A stretch of 64,000 nt of DNA from Pocillopora damicornis (Eukaryota), in the NCBI RefSeq assembly GCF_003704095.1, contig NW_020843568.1, positions 186,001 to 250,000 on the forward strand, read 5' to 3'. The translations under genes and the position numbers were made by a program. The notes under the pieces were generated by a model. That model did no database searches. It worked only from the letters and a program-made list of their open reading frames with translations, and was not told the origin of the DNA. This document shows positions 1 to 11,800 of the stretch, piece by piece; positions within the stretch are counted from its first letter, which is position 1; each line of letters opens with the position of its first letter.

Positions 1-579
1 AAAAAATTGCCATCAAATTAAACATTCATAAAGGGCTTAAAAAATTAAAAGAATTGACGTTTTTGCGCACAGTACATGATCTCAAAACGGCTACCTCGTT
101 TATTAGCGTTTATTCTAATGAGTATCACGATTCCATGTTCTATCTTTCTCAGCCACTAGGCTGCGATTGAAACTGACGCCTAATATCGTTAACGATAAGA
201 CCCCCCTCGCCCCCACCTAGAGGGGAAAATTGTCAGAGAGGGGAGAGGGGCCTATTAACAATTTACTCAAAATGCGATTAATTATCGTTAGTTTGAGTTG
301 TCGCCTATAATCTCTCGTCGTCTAGATGTAGTAATTAATAAAACATACTCTCATACGAGCATATTTTTTAGTGAGACGCTACCGAGATCACTGATGAAGA
401 ACATTACAGCAATTACCTTCCGACTTTTTATGCTGGAAGGAGGTGGCTTATTAGAGAGGGATTAATCAAAGAGGGGTTTTTCACAGAGGGGGAGGGTATT
501 AGAGTGGAGGGGGGCTTATTAAAATGGTGACGGTAGTTTCAATTCTTAGTCAATCCTTGGTTTCATTTTTCTCTTACAG

Positions 580-1242
580 ATGACTATAAATATTGCCAAG
601 GGCGCTGTGGTCCTTTCGTGGGTCTTAGGGTTACTCACTAGTGTCTGGTTTGCCTTATCGATTGACACGAAAATAGATGATAAACGTAGTTGTGGTGTTG
701 TGGCTACAGATTTCTGGATAAAGGTAACGCTCCTGCTGCTTATCATAGGAACACAATGGCTTCCTGGGGTATTTTTCACGGTAGCGTACATAAAGATCAT
801 TCTGAAGTTGCGCAGAGACTCCGTAATAAACCCATCGGATGTTTCCCAAAGCTCGCAAAATCGCCATCGGAGGAATAAAAGAGCGGCTCGCATCTTAGTC
901 ATAGAGGTTCTATTATTCCTTTGTTTTCTGTTTCCTTTTTATCAGCACAGCTTGGCGTGGATTTTGGGATCTGATGATATCGTTAGTCCTTTGTCAGTAA
1001 AAGGGACGCTCATTTTTTGCATGATGATGTCATATTCTCTTATTAACCCCATTTGTCATATTGCGCTTAACAGCGAGTTTAGAGCTGAAATTTTTAGAAT
1101 GATCTGCCAGTTTAAAGGTTGTTGTTGCCGCGCGAAAACCCGGCCCAGCAGTTGTTCACAATGTCATGTAAGACCGTGGCATGAGAACCAACAAGGAACG
1201 CACCACGCCGCTGAAAGAACAAAAACAACCACGGGCATATGA
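580..1242 (+). CDS. Rhodopsin-like (class A) GPCR, terminal exon (about TM4-TM7 plus tail); upstream exons lie outside the window
   Basis: Polypyrimidine tract and acceptor TTACAG at 574-579 directly precede the ORF. Four hydrophobic segments, ECL2 Cys, TM5 LPxxxxxxxY, basic ICL3 (RRNKRAARIL), TM7 NPICH, helix-8 NSEFR and a Cys cluster. Confidence 0.85.
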   Translation: MTINIAKGAVVLSWVLGLLTSVWFALSIDTKIDDKRSCGVVATDFWIKVTLLLLIIGTQWLPGVFFTVAYIKIILKLRRDSVINPSDVSQSSQNRHRRNKRAARILVIEVLLFLCFLFPFYQHSLAWILGSDDIVSPLSVKGTLIFCMMMSYSLINPICHIALNSEFRAEIFRMICQFKGCCCRAKTRPSSCSQCHVRPWHENQQGTHHAAERTKTTTGI

Positions 1243-1762
1243 CATTTCGAGTTGTCTGAATTCTGAAAGAAAACGGACATCGAAGATAAGGAGATACTCG
1301 GAAGAATTTGTCTGAAGTAAGATGTGGGACCGGTCCATTTCAAGAGGAATATTTCTGAATAAATATCATTTTCCAAGTTTTAGTAAGCTCGCTGACTGAA
1401 CAAATAAAAGGGCAAAATTTGTTGGGTTCCTCTCTTCCACCCAGTATCAAAAATAATCCTTATTGATATTCCAAACTACAAAAATCAACATATGGTTTAT
1501 TCTGATATTCATATTCACAAATAATTGTCTTTGAATTTTTAAAAGGTTTTGCCGGTAACCTAAGAAACTGTAACAATTTCTTGTTATAATGATTTAACTT
1601 ACAATATTTACACCTGATATCAGTCTGGTAAACTATTCCAACTGTCTCATAAAAAATATTTCGAATTATCGATGCTTGTTCAATATCAAGCGAACTAACT
1701 GATGATTTCTAAAATACCTTTTTAAATCAAAAGTACACAACGAAAATAAGGACTCGTGAAAT

Positions 1763-4700
1763 TCACATTGTATGTGTCGTGAACGCATGTGGAGAAGCAT
1801 ACGTATTTCCTTGAAAGCCACTCGCCTGATGAGTAACAATTGGGCTAAGTGGGATGCCCGTATCTGATTGACTGACCACAGCATTGGGTTCGCGGGTGGA
1901 AAACGGTGACACCGCTGTGTGGAGCATGTGGCCGTACGTTTCTGTGGCGGAACAGTAGGGTGTCACATGATACTGAGTAGGTAACATGGCGCCGTGCGGT
2001 AAAGACGATAAGCAGGCATTGAAGGCAGAGAAAGCAGTATTTGAATGACATGTTGGTGTCTGAGGCGGCATCGTAGGACTTAGAGGAACACTCTGATAAG
2101 GAGATGGTACAGGGACTGATGCATGCGGGGAACAAGAACCTTGATCTGCCCAAAAGGAAAAATAATAAAAATGAAGAGATAAACATGACGAGATCATATC
2201 AATGCGGCTCTGAATGTGGTCGAAAGGGCAATCGGAAGACACACTCCTTGCCGTTGTCTCCTGATTGTAGTCGTGCCTTTAATGGAGGTAAAAGAAACAC
2301 CTTTTAAAGAGGCATTTTTTTCAATCGGGATCTGAGTTTTTTGTCATGGGAAGGAATAAACTGTGAATTGGTCAGTTTTAAAAACGCAACCACCAGATCG
2401 ATATAAGGAGAAGAGATCCAAATACTGTCGACTCACCGGAACTAAGCTGTTCATCTCTTCCCCTGAAGTTTGAATAATGTAAAGTTCTTCCTGCGGTTGG
2501 TCTAAAGTAAGAATAAGCTTGCATTATCTCTTCCATTGGATCCCTGTTTATATAAAAACACAATAAATAAAAACTTCTTTTTAATCGATTTTGCACAATA
2601 TCAAAGCATATCCAAGTTGGTAAATGGACCTTCAATTAAGTGGTCACCCAGCCTTTTTGCAATATTTTCCACCTGTATCCAACGGTCACTTATAGCGGAA
2701 CTATAAAAATAATTTCTAAAGTAATTTTAAATCCATGTTTCTTCCCCAAAATCAAAGTACGTAGTATTTTTAAGCGACATTCTATACATTGAGTAATCAA
2801 TTTTGACATGAAGGGGCGTTGTGTATCGTTTTTTTTATTAAGAGGTCATCCTGCTATTCCCCGTTGGAGACCGCTTCATACAGGTTTGTGGCTGATCTTG
2901 TCAACACGAAATTTTTAGGCAACCTATTCTTATACCCAACTGAAATATTTGTGGCAAATTTAAGTACAAGTCTTGTTACTCACCTGACTCGGCCCGAGTC
3001 TCTAAATCCTTTTGCAAAAGGATTACTGTCAATCTTCAATCGAGTTATCTGGAATAGAACGAAATCTCCAGTCAGATTTACGCACAAAGCAAACCCAAAA
3101 AAATGCAATATAATGTAATGTTATTTGTCACAAATCTCTTTAATTAATCCATTTACCGAAACAGTCTTACAGACAGACGAGGTAAAGTTTAGCAAATTTA
3201 GAGTTCTTCGGCTAAAAAGAAAATGAGAGAAATTCTAAGTCAAAGCCGTCATAACCCGTGTCTTGTTTCAGTTCATGGATGAAAAAAGTGATATATAAAT
3301 ATATATAATAAAATGGAAGTGAATTTTTGTAGAGCTGAAAGACTACTCATACTGTATCTTTCCCAATATGCTACCTGTGTTTTTCTGAGTAAAGGGTTCT
3401 TTCCGAGTTTTTTCCTTGTTTTTTTTCCTATTTTTATCCGCCAAGAAATATATATAAAAAAGGAAGCACCATGGGCCAATGAAAAATGTGAGAAATTAGT
3501 ATTTTTAATTCAAACGGCTTCTTCTTGATGCCTTCGAGAAAAAGACTGTTTTTAGGAAAATATCGAGTATAAAAATGATTGTCGTTTTAGGGTTCGTGAA
3601 TTAAGCAAATAACATGTCGTTTATTCACCAAACAACATCATAAAAATACTTCTATTGTCTCTTAAATACGGCGGCAAGAGGAAAAATAAGTCCTAATTGA
3701 GGCCATTAACAAAATTAATGTAAAATACTTCCCCAGATCAAAGGAGCCGTGCGCATTATCGTTACATCGATGGAGTAATCAACGCTTAAGCGACCGGACG
3801 AGAATTGAAATTACTCCAGCCGGGATATATTTACCGAAAGTGAATTATAAAAACATACTGTTAGCGCCTGATCAAAGGAAAACACCCTTTAAGTCTTTAC
3901 TGGAGTGTTGTTTTGATGCTTTCACCACGTTTAATACTATTGATAGTCGCCCCAAGAGCAACGGTTAATAATGCCACCACTCTAATATCGCAAAAAGACA
4001 TCATAACATATAGGAAAGCGATTGGCAACCAGAATCAAAGTTATGAATGAAATAACACGGTACGTCTCAAAGGCAAACGATGAAGGAGTCTTGTTCTTAG
4101 AACATCTGCCCACACACACGAATTAACCTTCTAATGGGAAAAACAGAAGTTTTGACGAGACGAAACCGATAGGGACAAATGCGGACTTTCAAGTCTTTGA
4201 CCTATCAAATCGCCTTTCCGATGAAACTGATTTTGTTTGTTCGTCAGGAGAATAAAAAGCAGGGCTTTTTAAGATAATCCTTCAGAAAATCATTAAAATC
4301 TTATTTTCAGACAATTTCTATTCAGTTCCAAATTGGTGGTGTACAAGGATATTTGATTAAAATGGGTCTCTTCGAGCTTGAAGCAAAAGCTAATGAGGAC
4401 TAACAAACTCAATACAGCCTACTTTGGGACGTCAGCCGTTGCTATTTTATTTTAGCCAATGTTGCCTTTGAAAATCGACCAAAACGATGAAGCGATAAAC
4501 ACGTTGTTGTTGTTGTAGATGTTAAATTTACACCCTGATGGATTTTGACACCTTTTTGGTGCTACCACCACAAAATACATCGTTCTAAAAACATTGTTTA
4601 ACTTTCCTAAACAATATGAAAATGCTTTCGCGAAAACGACATGACCGAAATAAATGATTAAAACAAGAATCAAATACACATTTATAAATTATAGCATTCT

Positions 4701-7700
4701 CGATTGCTTGCATTGCCTCAAAAAAAGAAAAAAAACTGGTAAATGATAGAATTTTGCCGAGAATGTTATCTGTCAATGCTGTATTTGTGCTGTTTGTATC
4801 TATCAGCTGTACGAAAAGTCCCATTTTAAGGTATAGCCACTGCCAAAGCCATCAGCGGGAATCAAACTACTTTCCAATTTGAAGACACTAATCATTGACT
4901 GGCGTAAAGCACGAAACCCACACTCGGTAAACTGCATAAGCTTTATACAAACTAATGGGTGTTGGGAACAATGCTTGATATACGGTACCTGTTGATTCTG
5001 ATACGCGGTAACCGTCGTAAAAACGGTATCAGGAAAGACGAACGTCTTCCTCAAGGAAGACGGCTTCTCTACGTCCACAGCAACCGTGTCTGAGGTATCT
5101 TTCTTCTTTATTATGTGAATTCTTGGTTGATATTTGTGCATGGAGTGAAGTATGATCTTAAAATAACGGGAGAAAGGCATTGTTAAGTTTAAACTCGAAC
5201 TTTAAGGGTCTTCTTTCCTCCTGATGAAAGCTAATACAATTATTGTTATGTGAGCACACAAACGGTTGTCCGCAGGCGGGAAGAGTTTCCGTTTTTAACC
5301 GTTCACCATTTTAACACTGATCCGAACAGTTTAATAAAGTATCATCAAATGATACAGCGACAGTACCGACAAACTGCATAAATCCACTCACATGTCCTTG
5401 TTGATCCAGCTCGTTATTAGTCAGTTTGACTTTATCAAATGACACTACTTGTCTCATCCACTCCTCGCCAAGCGCGGGAGAATCCGGGTGAATATACACC
5501 CGGCCTGGCATCGGCGCGTCCGCATTTCCCGCCACAACCCATTTGGAACTGTGGTATGCATACCTGTGAGTTAAATGAATCATATAACGTACCCCTCAAT
5601 GAAGGAACTCGCGACAAAATTACTGATAAATATTGTTTGTGTCATTCCTGTTGTAGTGTGCTTTGCTGTTAAGTTTGCTCACGGCTTATATCAGCGATAA
5701 ATGGTGCTTAGATCAATTTGTCTTTGAACAAATTAAAAAGGCTTCGTGAAGGTTACTGCGTCTCGAAAATTCAGCCTCAACTTTTCAAGTTGACAATTTT
5801 CTCCTCGTAAATGAAATTCATTCTACACCATCCTTTAGTGAGCTTTACCGCCATAATGTTTGCCCATTGTGGCGAATTATTGTCACACAGTTTCTTTGTA
5901 AGGTAATTTTCTATGTCGCAGAAAACCAACGGACCCAAAAGCAATGTCACGAGGGAAATCTTTGAACAATTGTAGCATAAAGAAAGAAGTTTTTTTCGTT
6001 TTTTCACGAGCGTGGGACAAAGAAAAAATTCTGAGTCCCCATGAGGAATCGAACCTCAAACCTTCGGATTCCGCGCTTCGATGCTCTACCACTGAGCCAC
6101 AGAGACTCCACGGTGAGCGTGGTTTATTACGAAGTTCATATGACACGCGTCCTGCTGCTAGGATCTTACCATCTCTCTTATTTCTAATTGTAGCATCGTT
6201 CAATCAAGGATCCTGTGAGTACTTTGTTAGATCATGTTCTTGGATTTGAGTCTTACGCTTATCATCGTCCTCACCTGTAACGTTTGTTGTCCAGCGGTAC
6301 TATGTCCATCATGAGCATGTAGTAGCTTTTGGGATCCAGTCCGGAAACTTTGACTCGGATGGCGGGAAACATGCGCCTTGCACAGAAAATTACAACAGCA
6401 ATTAACATTCATTTGAGCTAGATATATTAAGAGAAAATTCAGTAAGGTTTTTTTGGATGAATATCATATTAACTATTCAAGTCTAAAGGTCTTTTATTAT
6501 TTTCTCGGTCTTTATTTCTTCACTCATTCAATCATTTTCTCGTTCGTCATTCACTGATTCATTCAATCTCTTATCTATTCATTCATTTATTCGTTGAAAT
6601 GGGAACGTGTATACGTATACGATTTAATTCGCGACCGTGGAGAAAATCTGAAATCGGTGATGAAGCAAAGTATCAAAACTGACTTCATGCCCAAAACAGG
6701 TTCGACATCTAACATAGATATGACTCAAAACATTCCTCGTGCAGATGTTTCGCTCTACCTTCTCAAAACATCTAGGTAATCTTATTTGACGTGACGTTCC
6801 TTCCTTGGACAGCTAAACGACCCTTCAACCGAATTTAATTAGAACAGCTTTTTTCCTGTTTTGTAGGATGTTTAGTACTTCAATCATTCTGGATAACCTT
6901 CGCCGTGGCCACCCTTTTAATTAATTTGGATAATCCGTGCCAAGTGCCTTGAAAGCCAGATCGCATTTGATGCAAGACGGGTGCAAAAAAAAATTTCGGT
7001 AGGACGCTAAGGAACTTAGATGAGTGGCATTTCAAACATCGTAAGAGTTCATTCCACTGGATGAGAAATTTTCTACACCAGATCTGTTCTAATGAATTTG
7101 AGGTTATCATTCCTAAATTTGAGGTGTAACAGCTTCTTTGAAGAGTTAAGTACTCCAATCGTCAGAGCGATGTTTTCATCAAGTTAAATTGCCACTGATA
7201 AGGCTAAAAAAAGACCACAACAGATATTAGCGCGTCAGTTTTCAATCTGACAATTTAGGGAACAATTTTGACTGGACGCTTAAAATACGATACCTATTTG
7301 AAATTTAACAGACTTGATCAGAACACATCACAAGATTTTATTTTAGGAAACGAGCAAATATTAAAAAAAATGACACTAAACTGCAGAAAACGGCTAAAAG
7401 AAAGGAAAACTCGGGACAAAAAAACCCAAATATTTCGATTAAAGATGTTCGGTTTCACATTTCGCAATTATTCATTCCTTTCTCCTGGTAACACATTTGT
7501 TACATTTCGATGGATCTTTTGCTCAATCGGACACTGGGCGATACGTTCGTCTTGTGAGCAGAACTTCCCATAGTTTGGATAACATTTCAAAACCACGATC
7601 TCTGTTGATGACTTTCAATCAACTCGTAAGCCAGGGAATAATGGAAAATAATACATGCTCGCTGCATGCGTTTCATTTCAATCTCGTCTCTGCTTTGGCT

Positions 7701-8889
7701 ATCCGGCTTGATCACGCAAAGATACAGGCCAAGGCTCTATAGGGTGGAACTGACTTTTTATGGCAATTTTGTACCATTTAATTTTAAAAGCTTAATTTCA
7801 TAGCTCAAGTGACAGCGCAAAGATACAGAAACCAGAAGTGTGAACAACGGAAGAGCTTAGCTCACTTATCAGTTGTTTATAACCCTGAGAATTTTCCTCT
7901 GATTTTCGAGTCTTAAGCGATCAACAAATACTGATATCTTTAATTTTCTACCAACGGAGTTCCGGGCAGTGTCCATGTAGAATCCTGTCACTAGCTTTTC
8001 TATTATCATTTAGTGTGACAATGTAAATCATAGGTTTTTCTCAAAGAACGCCCACATTGGAATGCCAAGGGCATGGAATTTTACGCCCGGATTTCAGTGG
8101 TCTTCCTTGTCTCAGTCGTTTCCGTCAGTATCAAAAGCTGCTGCATGGTTGTTTATTTAAATGAATGAAGACAAAAAACGGTAAATTTTAGAGGAATCTG
8201 TACCTCCTTTAGGAGTTACTGTGAATCTTTCCTGTTCGCGACCTGGCGTTGCCAAAGCATTCGAAACTTTAGAACGGCAACGCGGAAAACGCACAACAGC
8301 AAGACATGAGAAATTCATTCACCGTTGAATCATTTCTTCTAGACGTATTGTCTGACTGAGGGACTTCATCACAAATACTGCACGATATTTGTAACGTAAA
8401 AGGAGCCTTGTGTCGATGCATTTTTAGGTTCACTTCATAGAGATAGAAGAGACTTAAATAGTGGTTATTATCCTACCTGCCTGCTTTGGTAATTATCATT
8501 TCGGTTCCCAACTCAAAGAAACGCTGCCATAAATCACGCATCTGGAGTTCAATAACGATATCTTCGCATTCCAGTGTTTCTGTAGAACCCACTCGGCTCT
8601 GCATGGCCTGCATTGATCCTAACGCTTCAGTCGCTGGATCTGAGAAAGGGAAGGTAAGAAATAAAGTGACGAAGGAGCAAATGGAAATGTGTGTGAGTTC
8701 GACCACCCGATTGCGGTGGAGAAACTCACCGTGCTCTCCGCTCTCGGGTGATCTGCGTCCTGTGGAAGCAGCCATTCTTGTAATCGATGTCTGTTGGTTT
8801 GTGTGTTCTGAGGATATCAACGATTCGACAGAGAAGGCGTTCGCTCGTGAGGAGAGATTTCCATTAGCGTGTGATACTGTTTGGTGCAT
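1763..8889 (-). CDS. TBX15/18/22: T-box transcription factor, Tbx1 subfamily, most like Tbx15/18/22. Exons: 8889-8730, 8639-8477, 6376-6275, 5563-5392, 5156-4989, 3048-2984, 2543-2437, 2145-1763
   Basis: All junctions are GT-AG with compatible phases. N-terminal eh1 motif [15 protein letters not shown]-box: [11 protein letters not shown]|[15 protein letters not shown]...[13 protein letters not shown]...[23 protein letters not shown]|[12 protein letters not shown]...[12 protein letters not shown]|[20 protein letters not shown]. Pro/Ser/His-rich C-terminus. Confidence 0.92.
5990..6156 (-). mobile_element. tRNA-derived SINE-like repeat in Tbx intron 3 (tRNA-like segment about 6032-6108)
   Basis: Minus strand has A-box TGGCTCAGTGG, B-box GGTTCGATTCC, D-stem GCTC/GAGC, T-stem TGAGG/CCTCA and an acceptor-like stem. 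The anticodon arm is aberrant (8-nt loop, no U33, a stem mismatch). Outer limits are approximate. Confidence 0.7.
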
Positions 8890-11800
8890 GACAGTTTAAA
8901 AATGTGATTTGTCTTGTAAAGCTGCACAGATAGTTGAGTCTGGAGTGAAAACGACTTTACAAGATGTGTAATTTATGATGGAGGCTATCTGTCGATTATA
9001 TCAATTAACAGTGATAATTAGATTTATTATATACCACAGTCATCACTCTCCTCGGAAATACCAGAGTATGCTCCTGTGACGAGCCACATAGCCGCCATCA
9101 AACGCGCCGACTTATCCACCACGGGAGCGTGGGAATATGAGCTTGTTATCGCACGGCTTTTATCCAATCATCGAGCAAGTCCTTCAGCGTGAAGTTTCCG
9201 GTGTTTAGTGTAATTAGCTAAAAAATATCGACTAACCAGAACCTTCCACGAAAATTGACGAAATACTGTCCCGCGATGTCAGACAGCCGGCTAAGCGATA
9301 ATTTGAAAACAACACTTGTGAACAAGCTGTTATCCCGCTAAAATAACCGCTGGAAACCCCAAATTTGTTATTCACCTACAGAGTCTTTTCCTGTAAGTAT
9401 TGGATTTTATTATTCTAGACGCTTATTGCAGCAAACAGAAATGAAATCATTTCTTTGCTATTCTAGTCATTTTTTCCTGATTACCCGCTAGGCTGCGCTA
9501 TTTAGCGGGTACAGTTTTTCTAAACGTTTTTCCATGTGATCTTTGGCGCGAAGGTACAGTCCCTTTACAGAAGATCCTTGATCAAACATCTCACTTGCTT
9601 AGACCTTTGTTCACGTTCAGAGCCACCTGTGATTATTTTTTAACAGGAAAATGAATCCAAAACATACCGATGTGGTTCAAATTTTGTGCTCAATTAGTCC
9701 TGGTCTGTCGTGATTGCCTCCGGCGGTACTGTTGTTGTCGGCGAAAGTAACGATTGAGGTTATTAATTTTGGGGTTATACGCTGTCCTTTCGAGTGATAA
9801 TAGACAATGTAATGGTCTGGCGCGTGTAAAATAAAGTGCCAAATTGTTGACGGGGTCGATTTACCCTTGCAAAAACCTCTTTTCAACACGCTCCATTTAG
9901 TCCGCTTTCAAAATATTATTGCAGAGCACAAGTGGCTTAGATAACATTGCGTGCTCCATGAGTAAACTTGTGCGGTTGGTCAGTACTGGTAAATACGATG
10001 AAACAAGCAGATGTTTCTTGTCATTTGTTTGAACAATGCAGAGAAAACAAAAACCCTTTTCTCACAGGTAAATGGGACCTTGATAAACGGAAAATTACAG
10101 ATTCTCAAAATTTTTAGTATCTCAGTATGTTGCAAGAGCACAATACCCTTCTTTGTGAATTGGTTGTAACCTACCGTTTTTCGATTCGTTCTTCGGCAAA
10201 CTCCTTCGCTTCGTAGACAGTCGATTAAATGTTTCCTGAAATAAATCTTATACAAAGTAAACATTTAGAAATAATCTGAATTTCCTAAGGGGTTGGATTA
10301 GGGTTAAAAGATTGCTTGAAAATGATACAGTGTGAGACTAATGCCCATCATGGCTTAAGTAGAATGTAACTTGTGATCGGCATAACGTCACAAGATTAGT
10401 TCTCGTAGGATAATATAGAGTTATAGAACTGATGCCGACCCCAAACTTGATGACAAAATCGTTCCCTTGATCTTAACTGTAACATAATTATGAAAGTGGC
10501 AAATTTACCTTCTGGGAGAAATCGTGTAAAGTAAAGTTTACTTTAGCCATAAGAATTATTACTTATTTTTAATTTACACCTTTTTATATCATTAACAACG
10601 CAGAAAATGTTGTTGACAATGGTCAGAAGTTATTGAATGAGTCTTTTATGCTCAAATGTTCCTTTTCTGAGAGTAATCATTTCCTTCGAGACATGGATTA
10701 GTCTGCGGCGAACAACACACTCGATTAATGGCTAAAGAACATTTTCCTTCGTTACTGTGAAAGCTCTTTTTCTACGTCAGATATCCTTGATTTCAGAGTT
10801 ACAATTCTTTGCATTACTCGGTGCCATGAAGGCTGGGTCTGCTTAGAAAGCTTTAGTCGAACAACTCGTTTAGCGAGCACTCCTTTGAGTACAGACCCGG
10901 TAAACATTACGGTTCTGTGAACTGAGATCGCAATCAAAATTTTTCGGCACAACAGTATTAAGATTTCGATGAATCCTCGATGAGCCTCGTTAAATCGCAC
11001 CTGCATTTGAATCTTTTGATTTGATCCCAAATTTTCCCTTAACTTATATCATTACAATGCTGTGTTAAGAATTTATATTTCAATCATCTTAGGCTAAACT
11101 CACTGACAATCTGTTCAGTAATTTATATTTATAAAAGCAACTGTAACTGTAATCTTAGCTTCCGGCTCATAAGGGCCTTAAGCTGACTTTAATCTGCACT
11201 ACGGTAATACCTTCCCCGAGCTTGCTTCATGCTGTCTTGTCCATTTTGTTTTCACCAAGCTTGTAAAACGGTCAACTGACGGATTATTTCAGCACAAAGA
11301 TAGCATTTTTTGTTCTAATTAGTCTATAAATACTTCTAATAGATTTTCCCGACGTCGTTAGACCTTTCGGCATTTTATGGTCTATTATTGATTACTTTCT
11401 TATTGACTGCGCAGAGGGGGCCAGAAGAAGATTTAAGAATCTCACAAGCTCACACTAATGGGTTAATCAACTTTTTTTAAAAATAAATCCGATCTTATTT
11501 GGAACGGAGTACATGCAAAAGCCAGGACGCGATATGAAGGAGCTGCCACCTAGAGCACAAATACTTTAGTTTTAACTCTGTTTTGGAAGGAGCCCCTGAA
11601 GTTGGTTATGATTGTTGCGTGTGTGTGAGTAGATCAATAGATGAAATTCCCCAAGAATGACCGTGTCAGTAGCTCATGGGATTTATCGTGATTCTTAGGT
11701 AAGGATTAAAAACAGCTTTACGTCGCAAGAAAGACAAATATTAATTACTCCATGGGACGTTGATGGGCTGGCATTTTCAAAGTTTTGTCCATCTTTCGTT

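Noticed and set aside
6032-6108. Functional tRNA-Arg gene
   Set aside because: Anticodon loop is 8 nt without U33 and the stem is mismatched; it fits a SINE-type repeat better.
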